Positions 1-8,159 of a stretch of DNA of 64,000 nucleotides are shown piece by piece; position 1 is the stretch's first letter; every line of letters starts with the position of its first letter. The notes beneath the pieces were generated by a model that saw nothing but the letters and a program-made list of their open reading frames with translations, was not told where the DNA came from and did not search any database. The stretch spans positions 310,001-374,000 of IMG/VR virus record IMGVR_UViG_3300035182_002586. The stretch is one strand, 5' to 3'. Position numbers and translations under genes: made by a program.

Positions 1-1
1 G

Positions 2-1009
2 GGTGGCGTACGCATCCCTCAGAGCCCCGATGCCGGCCTCCATCACGAAGGACAGGTACTCGTAGCTGGAGAGCGTCGTGAGCACGTCGTGGTACTTCTC
101 GCGCAGGTTCGTCTTGAGGCGCTCCACGTGCCCGTGCGCGGCCGAGACGAGCCCCGTTCGGTAGTGCGCCAGGTCATCGTAGATGCGGATGATCACGTCG
201 TTGGGCGCGCGGCCCTGGAAGACCTTCCCGAGCTGTGACTTGAGCGTCTGGAGCTGCTCCGCCTTGCCCTTGTTGCCGCGCTTCGTGAGGATCCCCTGCA
301 CGATCTCCATGACCCCCGTGTTGTCGGAGGAGGGGAGCTTCAACCGGGTCGCGAGCTGACGGATCTCGATGCAGGCGTTGACGGCCTTCATCGCATCGGA
401 GCGCGCTGCGGAGTCGATCTTCAACGCGTTCAGGACTCGAACGCCGTTGTTGACCTCGACCATGTGCTTGAAGATGTGGAAGTCCCCGCCCGTGCCGGCG
501 GCGTGGACCATCGCACGAAGGGAGGCTTCGAGGTCCGCCAGCTCGGAGGACTCGACGATCTCGCCGCCCTTCTGGACCCCCTCCTGCCGCCGCTTGAGGA
601 TCTTGATCTCGTTGGAGATCAGCGAGCGGAGGCGCTCCACGTCGGTCTTGTAGTGGATGTTGAGGAAGTTGACGATGCACTCGGAGCCGATGTGGAGCGT
701 CCGCTTCCGGATCTTGTTCTGGATCGGGAAGTTCCAGGCGATGGGCTCTTTCCCGCACAGCTCACAGTGCGAGTGGGGGGCCCAGTAGGGGGCCCCCTTC
801 CTCGCCCACTCCTTGATCGCCGTGGCGAGATCCTGGCTGGAAGACTCGGAGAGGAGCTTCGCGCGGATGCGCTGCCAGTAGGCGTCCCCTGTCCCGGCCG
901 GGCGTAGGTGGGCGTCGTCCAGCTCTTCGAGAGCCCGCTCGTACTCAGGGAGGTCGTGGACCGTCCCGTGGAGCGGACCCTGGCCTTCGGCGGCGTAGAA
1001 GAGGAACAT
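2..1009 (-). CDS. hypothetical protein with CxxC...C metal-binding motif; runs off the window edge
   Basis: Not in the ORF track. Manual translation from ATG at 1009: MFLFYAAEG...HCELCGKEPIAWNFPIQNKIRKRTLHIGSECIVNFL..., open to position 2 with high GC3. Confidence 0.7.
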   Translation of the reverse strand, partial: MFLFYAAEGQGPLHGTVHDLPEYERALEELDDAHLRPAGTGDAYWQRIRAKLLSESSSQDLATAIKEWARKGAPYWAPHSHCELCGKEPIAWNFPIQNKIRKRTLHIGSECIVNFLNIHYKTDVERLRSLISNEIKILKRRQEGVQKGGEIVESSELADLEASLRAMVHAAGTGGDFHIFKHMVEVNNGVRVLNALKIDSAARSDAMKAVNACIEIRQLATRLKLPSSDNTGVMEIVQGILTKRGNKGKAEQLQTLKSQLGKVFQGRAPNDVIIRIYDDLAHYRTGLVSAAHGHVERLKTNLREKYHDVLTTLSSYEYLSFVMEAGIGALRDAYAT

Positions 1010-1103
1010 GTGCGCAGAGGTCTCCCTTCACCTGCCCCGCGATAAGTGCCTTACCAGACAGGCTTTTCCTAGGGGTCCCAGGTGAAGGGTGTGCTCTGAG
1101 GGC

Positions 1104-2450
1104 CTAGCGGTGCTCTCCGATCGCGTCCGGTCTGATCGCCCGGTTCCACGGCATGAGCGTCGGGTAGCAGACCCTTGCCAGCTCAGCCATCTCCCAGGCG
1201 ACGCGGCGATACGAGATGTGGCCCTGCGGCTGCGTGCGCAGCTCGGTGATGTAGTACAGCTCACGCATGTCCATCTGGAAGATGGACCGGTGAAGGTAGC
1301 CGAGCGGTACGGCGTACTGGACGATCGAGGAGGACACGCCAGACGAGATCATCGTCCGGCACGCAGTGCCCACTTCGTCCATCGCCGAGCGGTAGGGGGC
1401 CTCGAACTCCGTGCCTTTGAGGTCGTCCGGCACGAGGTAGCCGTAGTCCGTCCCGAGGGGTTCGACGTACTGCTCGCACCGTCTGTGGCGCTGGAGGTCG
1501 CGGAAGGCGCCATAGTCCATCATCACGTCGAACGTGATCGGGACCGTCTTGAAGATCTCCGGGACCGGGTGCTTGCCCCGCGTCTCCATGAGTGCTCCGA
1601 ACGCCCCCCGGTCGAGCCCGTGCCAGTCGGAGACCCTCTGCCAGAAGCGCGTCTCGTGGCGGAACGCGTCGTCTGCGGTCATGGGGTCCTCGATGGTGAC
1701 CCGCCACTCGCTGCTCTTCGTACGGGGGACTCGACCCCTGCCGAGGTCTCGGATCGGGGGCTCGAACGTGTTCGCCTTCGCCCCCATCGCGAAGACCGGA
1801 GCGAACTTCGAGGCTGCCGCCACCATGCGCTCGCCGATGGCCCTCAGCTCGGGGTTCGAGCTACCGAGGAGGTCAGACATGACGTAGCGGGCATCGCGCG
1901 CGTTGAACACGCCTGCGAGGTTCGTCCCCGTGCCTGCGGGCAGCAGATAGCGGAGGTTGTCGAAGGCGCGGGCCTTGACCGAGGGCTTCTTCATCAGCTC
2001 CTCGATCGGTGCTCCGCCCACGAGCTTCGCCACGTGCTCCAGGACCGGGCGCTCCAGGTCACGGTACGTCCGGTAGGCGACCTTGGCGGCATCCCGCAGA
2101 AGGTCGGGCGCGCCCTGGGGCTCGATGAAGCTCTCTTCTGAGAAGACCTGGTAGCGCGTGGACTTCTCGCTGTACCCGGCCCGCTGATAGCGCTCCAGCA
2201 CCTTGCTCGCGATGATGCTGACCCCCTCGAAGCAGTAGGGCAGCGTGGTCAGCTCGGCGACCGAAGAGTGCCCGTACTCGACCCCCCACTTGCCCTGGAA
2301 TGTGTCTGCGTCTGCGGGGGTGACCCCATGAACGATCTCTTCTGCTGAGAGCGGAGATCGACTGTACTTCGCGAGGACCGTGGCCTGGATTGCGGGCGGG
2401 AGGAGCTTCCCGTCTTCTCCCGTGAGCACGAACACACTTGCCGTCTTCAT
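1104..2450 (-). CDS. thyX: FAD-dependent thymidylate synthase, tandem Thy1-domain type
   Basis: AKYSRS, GHSSVAEL, YSEKSTRYQ in the N-half; MDYGAFRDLQRHRR and ELRTQPQGHISYR in the C-half. Confidence 0.9.
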   Translation of the reverse strand: MKTASVFVLTGEDGKLLPPAIQATVLAKYSRSPLSAEEIVHGVTPADADTFQGKWGVEYGHSSVAELTTLPYCFEGVSIIASKVLERYQRAGYSEKSTRYQVFSEESFIEPQGAPDLLRDAAKVAYRTYRDLERPVLEHVAKLVGGAPIEELMKKPSVKARAFDNLRYLLPAGTGTNLAGVFNARDARYVMSDLLGSSNPELRAIGERMVAAASKFAPVFAMGAKANTFEPPIRDLGRGRVPRTKSSEWRVTIEDPMTADDAFRHETRFWQRVSDWHGLDRGAFGALMETRGKHPVPEIFKTVPITFDVMMDYGAFRDLQRHRRCEQYVEPLGTDYGYLVPDDLKGTEFEAPYRSAMDEVGTACRTMISSGVSSSIVQYAVPLGYLHRSIFQMDMRELYYITELRTQPQGHISYRRVAWEMAELARVCYPTLMPWNRAIRPDAIGEHR

Positions 2451-2469
2451 CTGAGGGTCCCTTTCCTAA

Positions 2470-3213
2470 TCACTTCATGCCTCGAAGAACTTCGTCGAGT
2501 CTGCATCCAGGCTTGTGTTTTGGAGCCTTGGCCGGGTGCAGGTAGTCCCCCGTCGTCCGGGCCCCGCACTCCTCACAGGTACGAGCCTCGGCGTCGCTCC
2601 CGAGGGAGACGTACGTGAATTCCCGCTCCTTGAGCAGCTCGTACACGTCCTTGCGTGAGGCGAAGGTCTTGGCCTTCTCGATGACCTCGGCCCACGTGTA
2701 AACGCGCCGGTCATCCATCTCGTGCATCATCCGGGTGTTCGGGATGTGCTTGAGCATTGCGAGGCCACCCGGGTGCTTGTTGCCCCAGTCCACGACGTGG
2801 TTGGGCTTGTCGTCGAGCAGACCGTCTGCGAGGACGACCTGCTTCGAGCCTGTGTGGACGACTTCGCCGGGCTTCCACCCGAAGTGCTTCCCGAGCCAGT
2901 AGGTCCGCTCGTACATCCACGTGGGGCTGTGGAAGGGGGAAGTCACCGGGAACACGTCTACGATCGTGCGCAGCTCCGCGACGGCCTCGATGGCGCCTTC
3001 CGTCGGCTGGAGGGCGGCGCACCAGCCAGGGCGCTCGATCTCAGCGAAGACCTCTCTCTTCTCGTCCTCGCTGAGGACCGAGAAGATGTCCCACACCACG
3101 AAGTCCTCGGGGCGGTACGCTCTCCCCGTGACCTTCTCCATGATCTGGAGGGCGGGGGTCTGAAAGTCCGCGAGGACTTCATCAACGTCGCTGGCCAGGG
3201 TCCTTCGTCGCAT
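2470..3213 (-). CDS. 5'(3')-deoxyribonucleotidase (HAD/NT5C family) with C-terminal CxxC extension
   Basis: DVDEVLADF HAD motif I, ERTYWLGKHF, LLDDKP. Start placed at MRRRTLASD. Confidence 0.85.
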   Translation of the reverse strand: MRRRTLASDVDEVLADFQTPALQIMEKVTGRAYRPEDFVVWDIFSVLSEDEKREVFAEIERPGWCAALQPTEGAIEAVAELRTIVDVFPVTSPFHSPTWMYERTYWLGKHFGWKPGEVVHTGSKQVVLADGLLDDKPNHVVDWGNKHPGGLAMLKHIPNTRMMHEMDDRRVYTWAEVIEKAKTFASRKDVYELLKEREFTYVSLGSDAEARTCEECGARTTGDYLHPAKAPKHKPGCRLDEVLRGMK

Positions 3214-3387
3214 GAGCACTCCGGCCAACCGTAGTGCCTTGCAGGTCCAACTCATCGAGGTCGTACGACCAGCAGAGTGCCGGTTCATCGACATCGAAGT
3301 AGCGGGTTTCCTTGAGCGCGGCGTTGGTGGCGGAGCGCGCCGGTACACCAGAACCGGCAGGGGTCGACAGCTCGGACATGACGTTTC

Positions 3388-3621
3388 CTACGACGGTGCG
3401 CGAGTATACCCGTGCCTCACCCCGAAAGCACTTGCCTCCTCGGGCGTCAGCAGGCGCAGGTAGCCTTCTCTCACAAGGTCCAGGACAAGAGCTTCCGTCT
3501 CTTCGACGGAGATCCACCACCCAAGGTGCAGGGCGAGCTTCCCTACGAGGATAGGCCCTTGGGCTCGTTGTATGAACCCAAGGGCCATCGCACGGACTTC
3601 ACCGGCGGTCAGGCGCCTCAT
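3388..3621 (-). CDS. small hypothetical protein, possibly winged-helix
   Basis: 77-aa ORF in a co-oriented run; EETEALVLDLVREGYL resembles a wHTH recognition helix. Confidence 0.55.
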   Translation of the reverse strand: MRRLTAGEVRAMALGFIQRAQGPILVGKLALHLGWWISVEETEALVLDLVREGYLRLLTPEEASAFGVRHGYTRAPS

Positions 3622-3916
3622 CGGCCAACCCTACCGAAGCGTTCACCACCTGCCCGACGTCGATGTGACACAGGCGCGGAGGGGAGGGTGGTGACGCGAG
3701 CGCGAGCAACATCTCGGGCTCAGCGGGCACGGGCTCGAACTGGTCGAGGGTGTTGCACTGAACGATACGTGCTCCGCTCTCCCTCAGGAAGGCGGTGAGT
3801 TCGTCGATGTCGTCGACCTCGACGTTGAAGGTGTTGACCCCGGGATCGAGCAGAACTCGACGTGCCTGGATCACGATCTCTGTCGGGGTCCACACGACCA
3901 GCGAGTAGTAGGCCAT
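3599..3916 (-). CDS. hypothetical protein
   Basis: 105-aa ORF, ordinary composition, overlaps the next gene start. Confidence 0.65.
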   Translation of the reverse strand: MAYYSLVVWTPTEIVIQARRVLLDPGVNTFNVEVDDIDELTAFLRESGARIVQCNTLDQFEPVPAEPEMLLALASPPSPPRLCHIDVGQVVNASVGLADEAPDRR

Positions 3917-3942
3917 CCACTAGGAGGGCCCGCATCAAAGGG

Positions 3943-5115
3943 CTAGGTGACGGAAGCCGTCCGGGTCACCCCGGACAGGGGCAGAGCACGCACCTTCTCC
4001 GGGTCCAGGTGCACCGCGAACTCGAACGTCGCGATGATCTCCCACCTGTCGTAGACTTCCCTCTCTTCACACCGGAAGCTCAAGGGGTCCACGACGATGG
4101 CCCCTGCCTTCGCGCCCACTCCTACGGGGAGTACGTCGCAGATGAGGCAAGAAGCCTCGGGCGAGACGGCTCGTAGAGCCTTCGCATCGTCGGCTCCCGC
4201 GACCCACAACAGAGCCGGGTCGACATCCCCCGGCTGGAGCGTCCTCACGTCCACAGGGGAGAAGCTCCCCGTGTGGGCGAGAGTCGACACCTCGTGGGCG
4301 ATCTCGGCCACCCATCCGAGCCCGATGGCGGCCTGGAGATGGCGAACGCGGTCGAACGAGAGGTTGAAGGTCGTGGGGTCGCTGATGGGGACACGCGCAC
4401 GCGCAACCCCGGCGCAGCGGATCGCAGACTGAACCTTGTAGGTAGTGGTGGGTTCGTCCTGCCGTACGTCGAAGCGGTCGAGGAACTCCTTGGCCGTCCC
4501 CTGCACCAGGCCCAGGCCCAGGGTTTCGGGGAGCATCTCGCGGATGTGGTTGAACACGCTGCGACGCCCACCGGCCGTAACCGGCAGGAGTCTACGATCG
4601 CCCATCTCCCGCAGCATCGGAGTCTGCGTCGAGCGGGCCAGCATCTCCGCGTGGATGCGCTTGTCGCGCTCCCTGTCGAACTGCCACCGGACGAGGAACC
4701 CCTCCACCTCGGGGCGAAGACGAGGGAGAGGCTTCGCCATGCCCCCGCCTTCACGAGGCACGGGGGCCGGCTGCCAGATGTCTTCCTCCGTCACACGGGT
4801 GACGGCGCGACCGGTCTCCCGGTCGATGATGAGGATCGCGTCCCCGATCTGCGAGTACTCGTCGGCCAGGTATTCGGTGGCCTGTTGGACATCACCCTCG
4901 TGCGTGTCCAACGTTTCGGCCATGATGGGGAGCACGGCTTCGATGAGGCGGTCTCGGCCCCAATGCTCTTCCTTGGACCACCGGAAGATGTCCTTGAGGA
5001 GGGAGCTGCGCTCGATGGCCCCACGGGCCGCCAAGAGCCCCGTAGCCGAAGGGTTGGCCTTCGTATCGACGGTGATGGCCCCGGCTTCGGGCCCGAGGTG
5101 TGCGAGGTCCGCCAT
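3943..5115 (-). CDS. hypothetical phage protein
   Basis: 390-aa ORF, high GC3, 10 nt downstream of the AAA gene. Confidence 0.75.
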   Translation of the reverse strand: MADLAHLGPEAGAITVDTKANPSATGLLAARGAIERSSLLKDIFRWSKEEHWGRDRLIEAVLPIMAETLDTHEGDVQQATEYLADEYSQIGDAILIIDRETGRAVTRVTEEDIWQPAPVPREGGGMAKPLPRLRPEVEGFLVRWQFDRERDKRIHAEMLARSTQTPMLREMGDRRLLPVTAGGRRSVFNHIREMLPETLGLGLVQGTAKEFLDRFDVRQDEPTTTYKVQSAIRCAGVARARVPISDPTTFNLSFDRVRHLQAAIGLGWVAEIAHEVSTLAHTGSFSPVDVRTLQPGDVDPALLWVAGADDAKALRAVSPEASCLICDVLPVGVGAKAGAIVVDPLSFRCEEREVYDRWEIIATFEFAVHLDPEKVRALPLSGVTRTASVT

Positions 5116-5124
5116 GTTGGTCTC

Positions 5125-6723
5125 TCAGCCCCCGCTGACCGAGGTGAACTTCGGCTTGTTCCGCTTGGGCGGCGCCGCGAAGCGGGCACGGATCCCGTCG
5201 TTCGTATCCTGGTCGTAGCCGACCCACTCCTCCAGCTCCTTGATCTCGTCGGGCATCGTACGGACGATGCGCGGCTTGCGCTGGAGGACTTCGGCCAGGA
5301 TCTCCTCGTCGAGGTTCTCCCGCCCCTGGTGGAAGCTCTCGATCATCGCCGCGCCGACCGCCTGCTCGATCTCGCGGCCCACGAGGTCCTTCGCCTTGTC
5401 GGCGAGAGCCACGAGATCGTGGAACCGCACCGGGTCCTGGCCCGCCTTGCGAAGGTGGATCTTGAGGATGTCAACGCGATCTTCGTCGTTCGGGAGCGAG
5501 AAATAGAACCGCTCGTCCATGCGGTTGACGAACTCGACCGGCAGGGTCTTGAGCCCGTTGGCCGTCATCGCGAGACAGACCGGGGCGTTCGTCTCCTGGA
5601 GCCAGGTAGAGAAGATGCCGATGATGCGGGCCGTGATGCCGCTGTCGGTCTGCGCCGACGACTGCATGCCGGAGAGGCTCTTCTCGGCTTCGTCGATCCA
5701 CACGACGCAGGGGGCCGCCGCCTCGATGATGCGAAGGGCCCGGTAGATGTTGCCCTCGCTACCGCCGACGGTCCCGGACCGGAGCCGCCCCATTTCGAGC
5801 TGGACCACCGGCATCCCCCACGCATGGCCGAGCGCCTTGACGGAGAGAGACTTGCCACAGCCCCAGATCCCCACGCAGAGGACCCCCTTGGGCGGCTTGA
5901 GCCCGAACTTCTTGCCCTCGGGCGTCCACGCCGCGCGGGTCTTGGTCGCCCAGTGCTTGAACCACTGCGCCCCGCCCACGTTCTCGAACGTCTCGTGCGA
6001 CGTGTCGATGTACTGCACGAGGTCGGTGCGCTGGATCGCCTGCTTCTTGAAGTCGTGGAGGAGAGCAGGGTTCAACCCGTTGAGGGGGAGCCCGTCGTTC
6101 TTGGCTCGGATCACGCTCTGCGCGATCGCAGTCTTGATCTCGAACGTGGTCATGCCCCGGAACAGGTCGCCGCACTCGTCGGGCGACGGAACGGGCATCT
6201 TGAGCGGCCCGCACGCTTCGGTGACCAGCTCGTGGATCTCCTCGCTCGTGAGCCCCTTGTCGTGCACGACCTGCACGTAGCGCTGGAGGCTCGGCGGGAT
6301 GTACTTCGCCGTCCCCACGAAGATGAGGATCTTGATGTTCCGGATGTCGGCGTTGAGCTGGTGGATGATACGCAGCACGCGGCGCTGGACGTGCTTGTTC
6401 TCCAGGTGTACTTCCGGATCGGTGAAGACGTAGAAGTTGATGAAGTTCTTCGGGTCCGCCTTGTAGACCTCGATGAGCGCCTGGTTGATGTTCATCAACT
6501 TGTCTTCGGCGGTCTCGTGCTTGCGCGACTTCCAGTCGTCCACGTACTCCGTCAGAGGCCGCAACCCCACCGCCGCGTCGAAGACGAACGTGTGATCGAT
6601 CGACTTCTTGAGCACGGCGCGGAGTTTCAGAAGGAACTGGTCCTCCTCGTCCGTGACGAAGTAGATCACACGCGAGAGGGCGCGGATCTGGAGGTTCAGC
6701 TCGGGATTCATCTTACCAGCCAT
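5125..6723 (-). CDS. Ycf46-like AAA+ ATPase
   Basis: PPKGVLCVGIWGCGKS Walker A, VVWIDEAEK Walker B, N-terminal degenerate domain, GREIEQAV lid. Confidence 0.85.
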   Translation of the reverse strand: MAGKMNPELNLQIRALSRVIYFVTDEEDQFLLKLRAVLKKSIDHTFVFDAAVGLRPLTEYVDDWKSRKHETAEDKLMNINQALIEVYKADPKNFINFYVFTDPEVHLENKHVQRRVLRIIHQLNADIRNIKILIFVGTAKYIPPSLQRYVQVVHDKGLTSEEIHELVTEACGPLKMPVPSPDECGDLFRGMTTFEIKTAIAQSVIRAKNDGLPLNGLNPALLHDFKKQAIQRTDLVQYIDTSHETFENVGGAQWFKHWATKTRAAWTPEGKKFGLKPPKGVLCVGIWGCGKSLSVKALGHAWGMPVVQLEMGRLRSGTVGGSEGNIYRALRIIEAAAPCVVWIDEAEKSLSGMQSSAQTDSGITARIIGIFSTWLQETNAPVCLAMTANGLKTLPVEFVNRMDERFYFSLPNDEDRVDILKIHLRKAGQDPVRFHDLVALADKAKDLVGREIEQAVGAAMIESFHQGRENLDEEILAEVLQRKPRIVRTMPDEIKELEEWVGYDQDTNDGIRARFAAPPKRNKPKFTSVSGG

Positions 6724-6802
6724 GATTTCGGAGCCTCGTGGAGAGTTGCGGTCCTTCCCTCTGATACACCGGAGGACCCTAAGTAGAGACGAGAGACCAA
6801 CG

Positions 6803-6844
6803 AAAAAGGCCCCACCGCTACAGCTCGTAGGGTTGGGGCCTTTT
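6803..6844 (-). terminator. intrinsic terminator, possibly bidirectional
   Basis: AAAAAGGCCCCA...TGGGGCCTTTT: GC stem flanked by A and T tracts, just downstream of the DUF1257-like gene. Confidence 0.7.
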
Positions 6845-6873
6845 CGGACCGCCTTGCGGCGCCGTTGGGGAGT

Positions 6874-7212
6874 TCAGCCCAACTGCGCTTCGGACTGGCG
6901 GACGACGATGACGATTCGATCGGCGGTCTCGGTCCGATCGTTGACCGACCCGCCACGGAGCTGCACGTCGTTGCGGAGCTTCGCTTCGGCGTAGAACGCC
7001 GAGACGCTCGCGAGGACCTCCGGGTTGTGGCGGTAGTCCGTGTCGCCCGACACGATGCCCGTGCCGAGGTCGATGAACGCTCGGTTCAGCGGCCCGCTGG
7101 TGATGCGGATGCCGTTGCCCTCGGCAGCGAAGGTGCTGCCCATCTGGCGCAGCGCGGCCTCGGCGAGCTTGCGATCCTTGATCTCGGTCTGCGTGGTGAC
7201 TCTGTGGGACAT
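6874..7212 (-). CDS. DUF1257/Ycf35-like protein
   Basis: MSHRVTTQTEIKDRKLAEAALRQMG N-terminus; next to Ycf46-like AAA. Confidence 0.75.
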   Translation of the reverse strand: MSHRVTTQTEIKDRKLAEAALRQMGSTFAAEGNGIRITSGPLNRAFIDLGTGIVSGDTDYRHNPEVLASVSAFYAEAKLRNDVQLRGGSVNDRTETADRIVIVVRQSEAQLG

Positions 7213-7262
7213 GCTTCCTCTTCGCGTGGCTGGGGTTCTCGTACCCCCGACTCGTGGTCGGG

Positions 7263-7439
7263 CTACTCCGTGGTGATCTCGTTCGCGCCGTCGCACGACG
7301 GACCCGTACGCTCGTCGGAGATCTGCCGGCCGAACTCCGCGGCGTAGGCGACGACCTTCTCGCAGTTCTCGCCTTCACGGTCGAGCACCTCGGCCACCAC
7401 CTGTCCCGTCTTCTTCATGATCGTGTACTGGATGATCAT
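7263..7439 (-). CDS. DUF2997-like small protein (58 aa)
   Basis: Manual translation MIIQYTIMKKTGQVVAEVLDREGENCEKVVAYAAEFGRQISDERTGPSCDGANEITTE; GGAGG upstream; canonical partner of DUF1257. Confidence 0.65.
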   Translation of the reverse strand: MIIQYTIMKKTGQVVAEVLDREGENCEKVVAYAAEFGRQISDERTGPSCDGANEITTE

Positions 7440-7483
7440 CGTCGTCGCCTCCGTGGGCTTTGTACACCGGCCCGGGTCACCAC

Positions 7484-8134
7484 CTACTCTTTCAATCGAA
7501 TCTTCGCACCTCTAGGGACGACGCGCTCGTCTCCAGGTCCGTGAGCAGGGGCAGGGGCGTTCCAAGGGTCCGCAGGCGGAGGCTTTGCCGTCCACGGGTC
7601 TGCGGGAGGGGCTTTCGCTTGTGCAGGAGCCCCATCCAACATTCGAGGCGCTACCCGAGGAGTGTTGAGAGCGCTGGAGAGGGGGTTGTTGGAGACCCCC
7701 CTTGCCCCCGGAGCCGCTGTCCGAGGTGCCTCTGCCGGAGGTTGGGGCCCGGCTGTGGGGGGCTCCGGCAGAGCCTTCGTCTCCGTAGGGAGGTCTGCCG
7801 GAGGAGCCGCAGCCGCAGCCGCAGCCGCAGCCGCGAGATCCCGAGGGTCGTGCCACTCGGAGGGCACGGAGATCATCGCCTTCCGAGTGACAGGGACCTC
7901 TGCGAAGAACTGCTGTGCGATCGTCGGAAAGCGCGGGTCGCTCTCAGACATCTTCGGAGGATTGAGGAAGAGGCGCTCCTCCCAGTTGAGCACGCGCTGC
8001 TCGAACGGCCCCCGGGCGAACGTGGCCCGGGTGCAATCCGAGTTGAAACAACGCTTACAGCAGCCCTCTACGAAGGCGTCGAGCGGAGCACCGTCGACGT
8101 TGCATTCCGCGTAGAGGTCGAGCTGAGCAGCCAT
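7484..8134 (-). CDS. hypothetical protein, Cys-cluster N-terminus and Pro/Ala-rich tail
   Basis: EC...GCCKRCFNSDC; directly downstream of the polymerase; start could be up to 8188. Confidence 0.7.
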   Translation of the reverse strand: MAAQLDLYAECNVDGAPLDAFVEGCCKRCFNSDCTRATFARGPFEQRVLNWEERLFLNPPKMSESDPRFPTIAQQFFAEVPVTRKAMISVPSEWHDPRDLAAAAAAAAAAPPADLPTETKALPEPPTAGPQPPAEAPRTAAPGARGVSNNPLSSALNTPRVAPRMLDGAPAQAKAPPADPWTAKPPPADPWNAPAPAHGPGDERVVPRGAKIRLKE

Positions 8135-8159
8135 GGCGTAGGGAAGGATAATACCTCGA

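Noticed and set aside
3182-3379. 65-aa ORF MSELSTPAG...
   Set aside because: No motif; it contains a GGTGTA 15-mer and overlaps the nucleotidase start, so it may be regulatory sequence.
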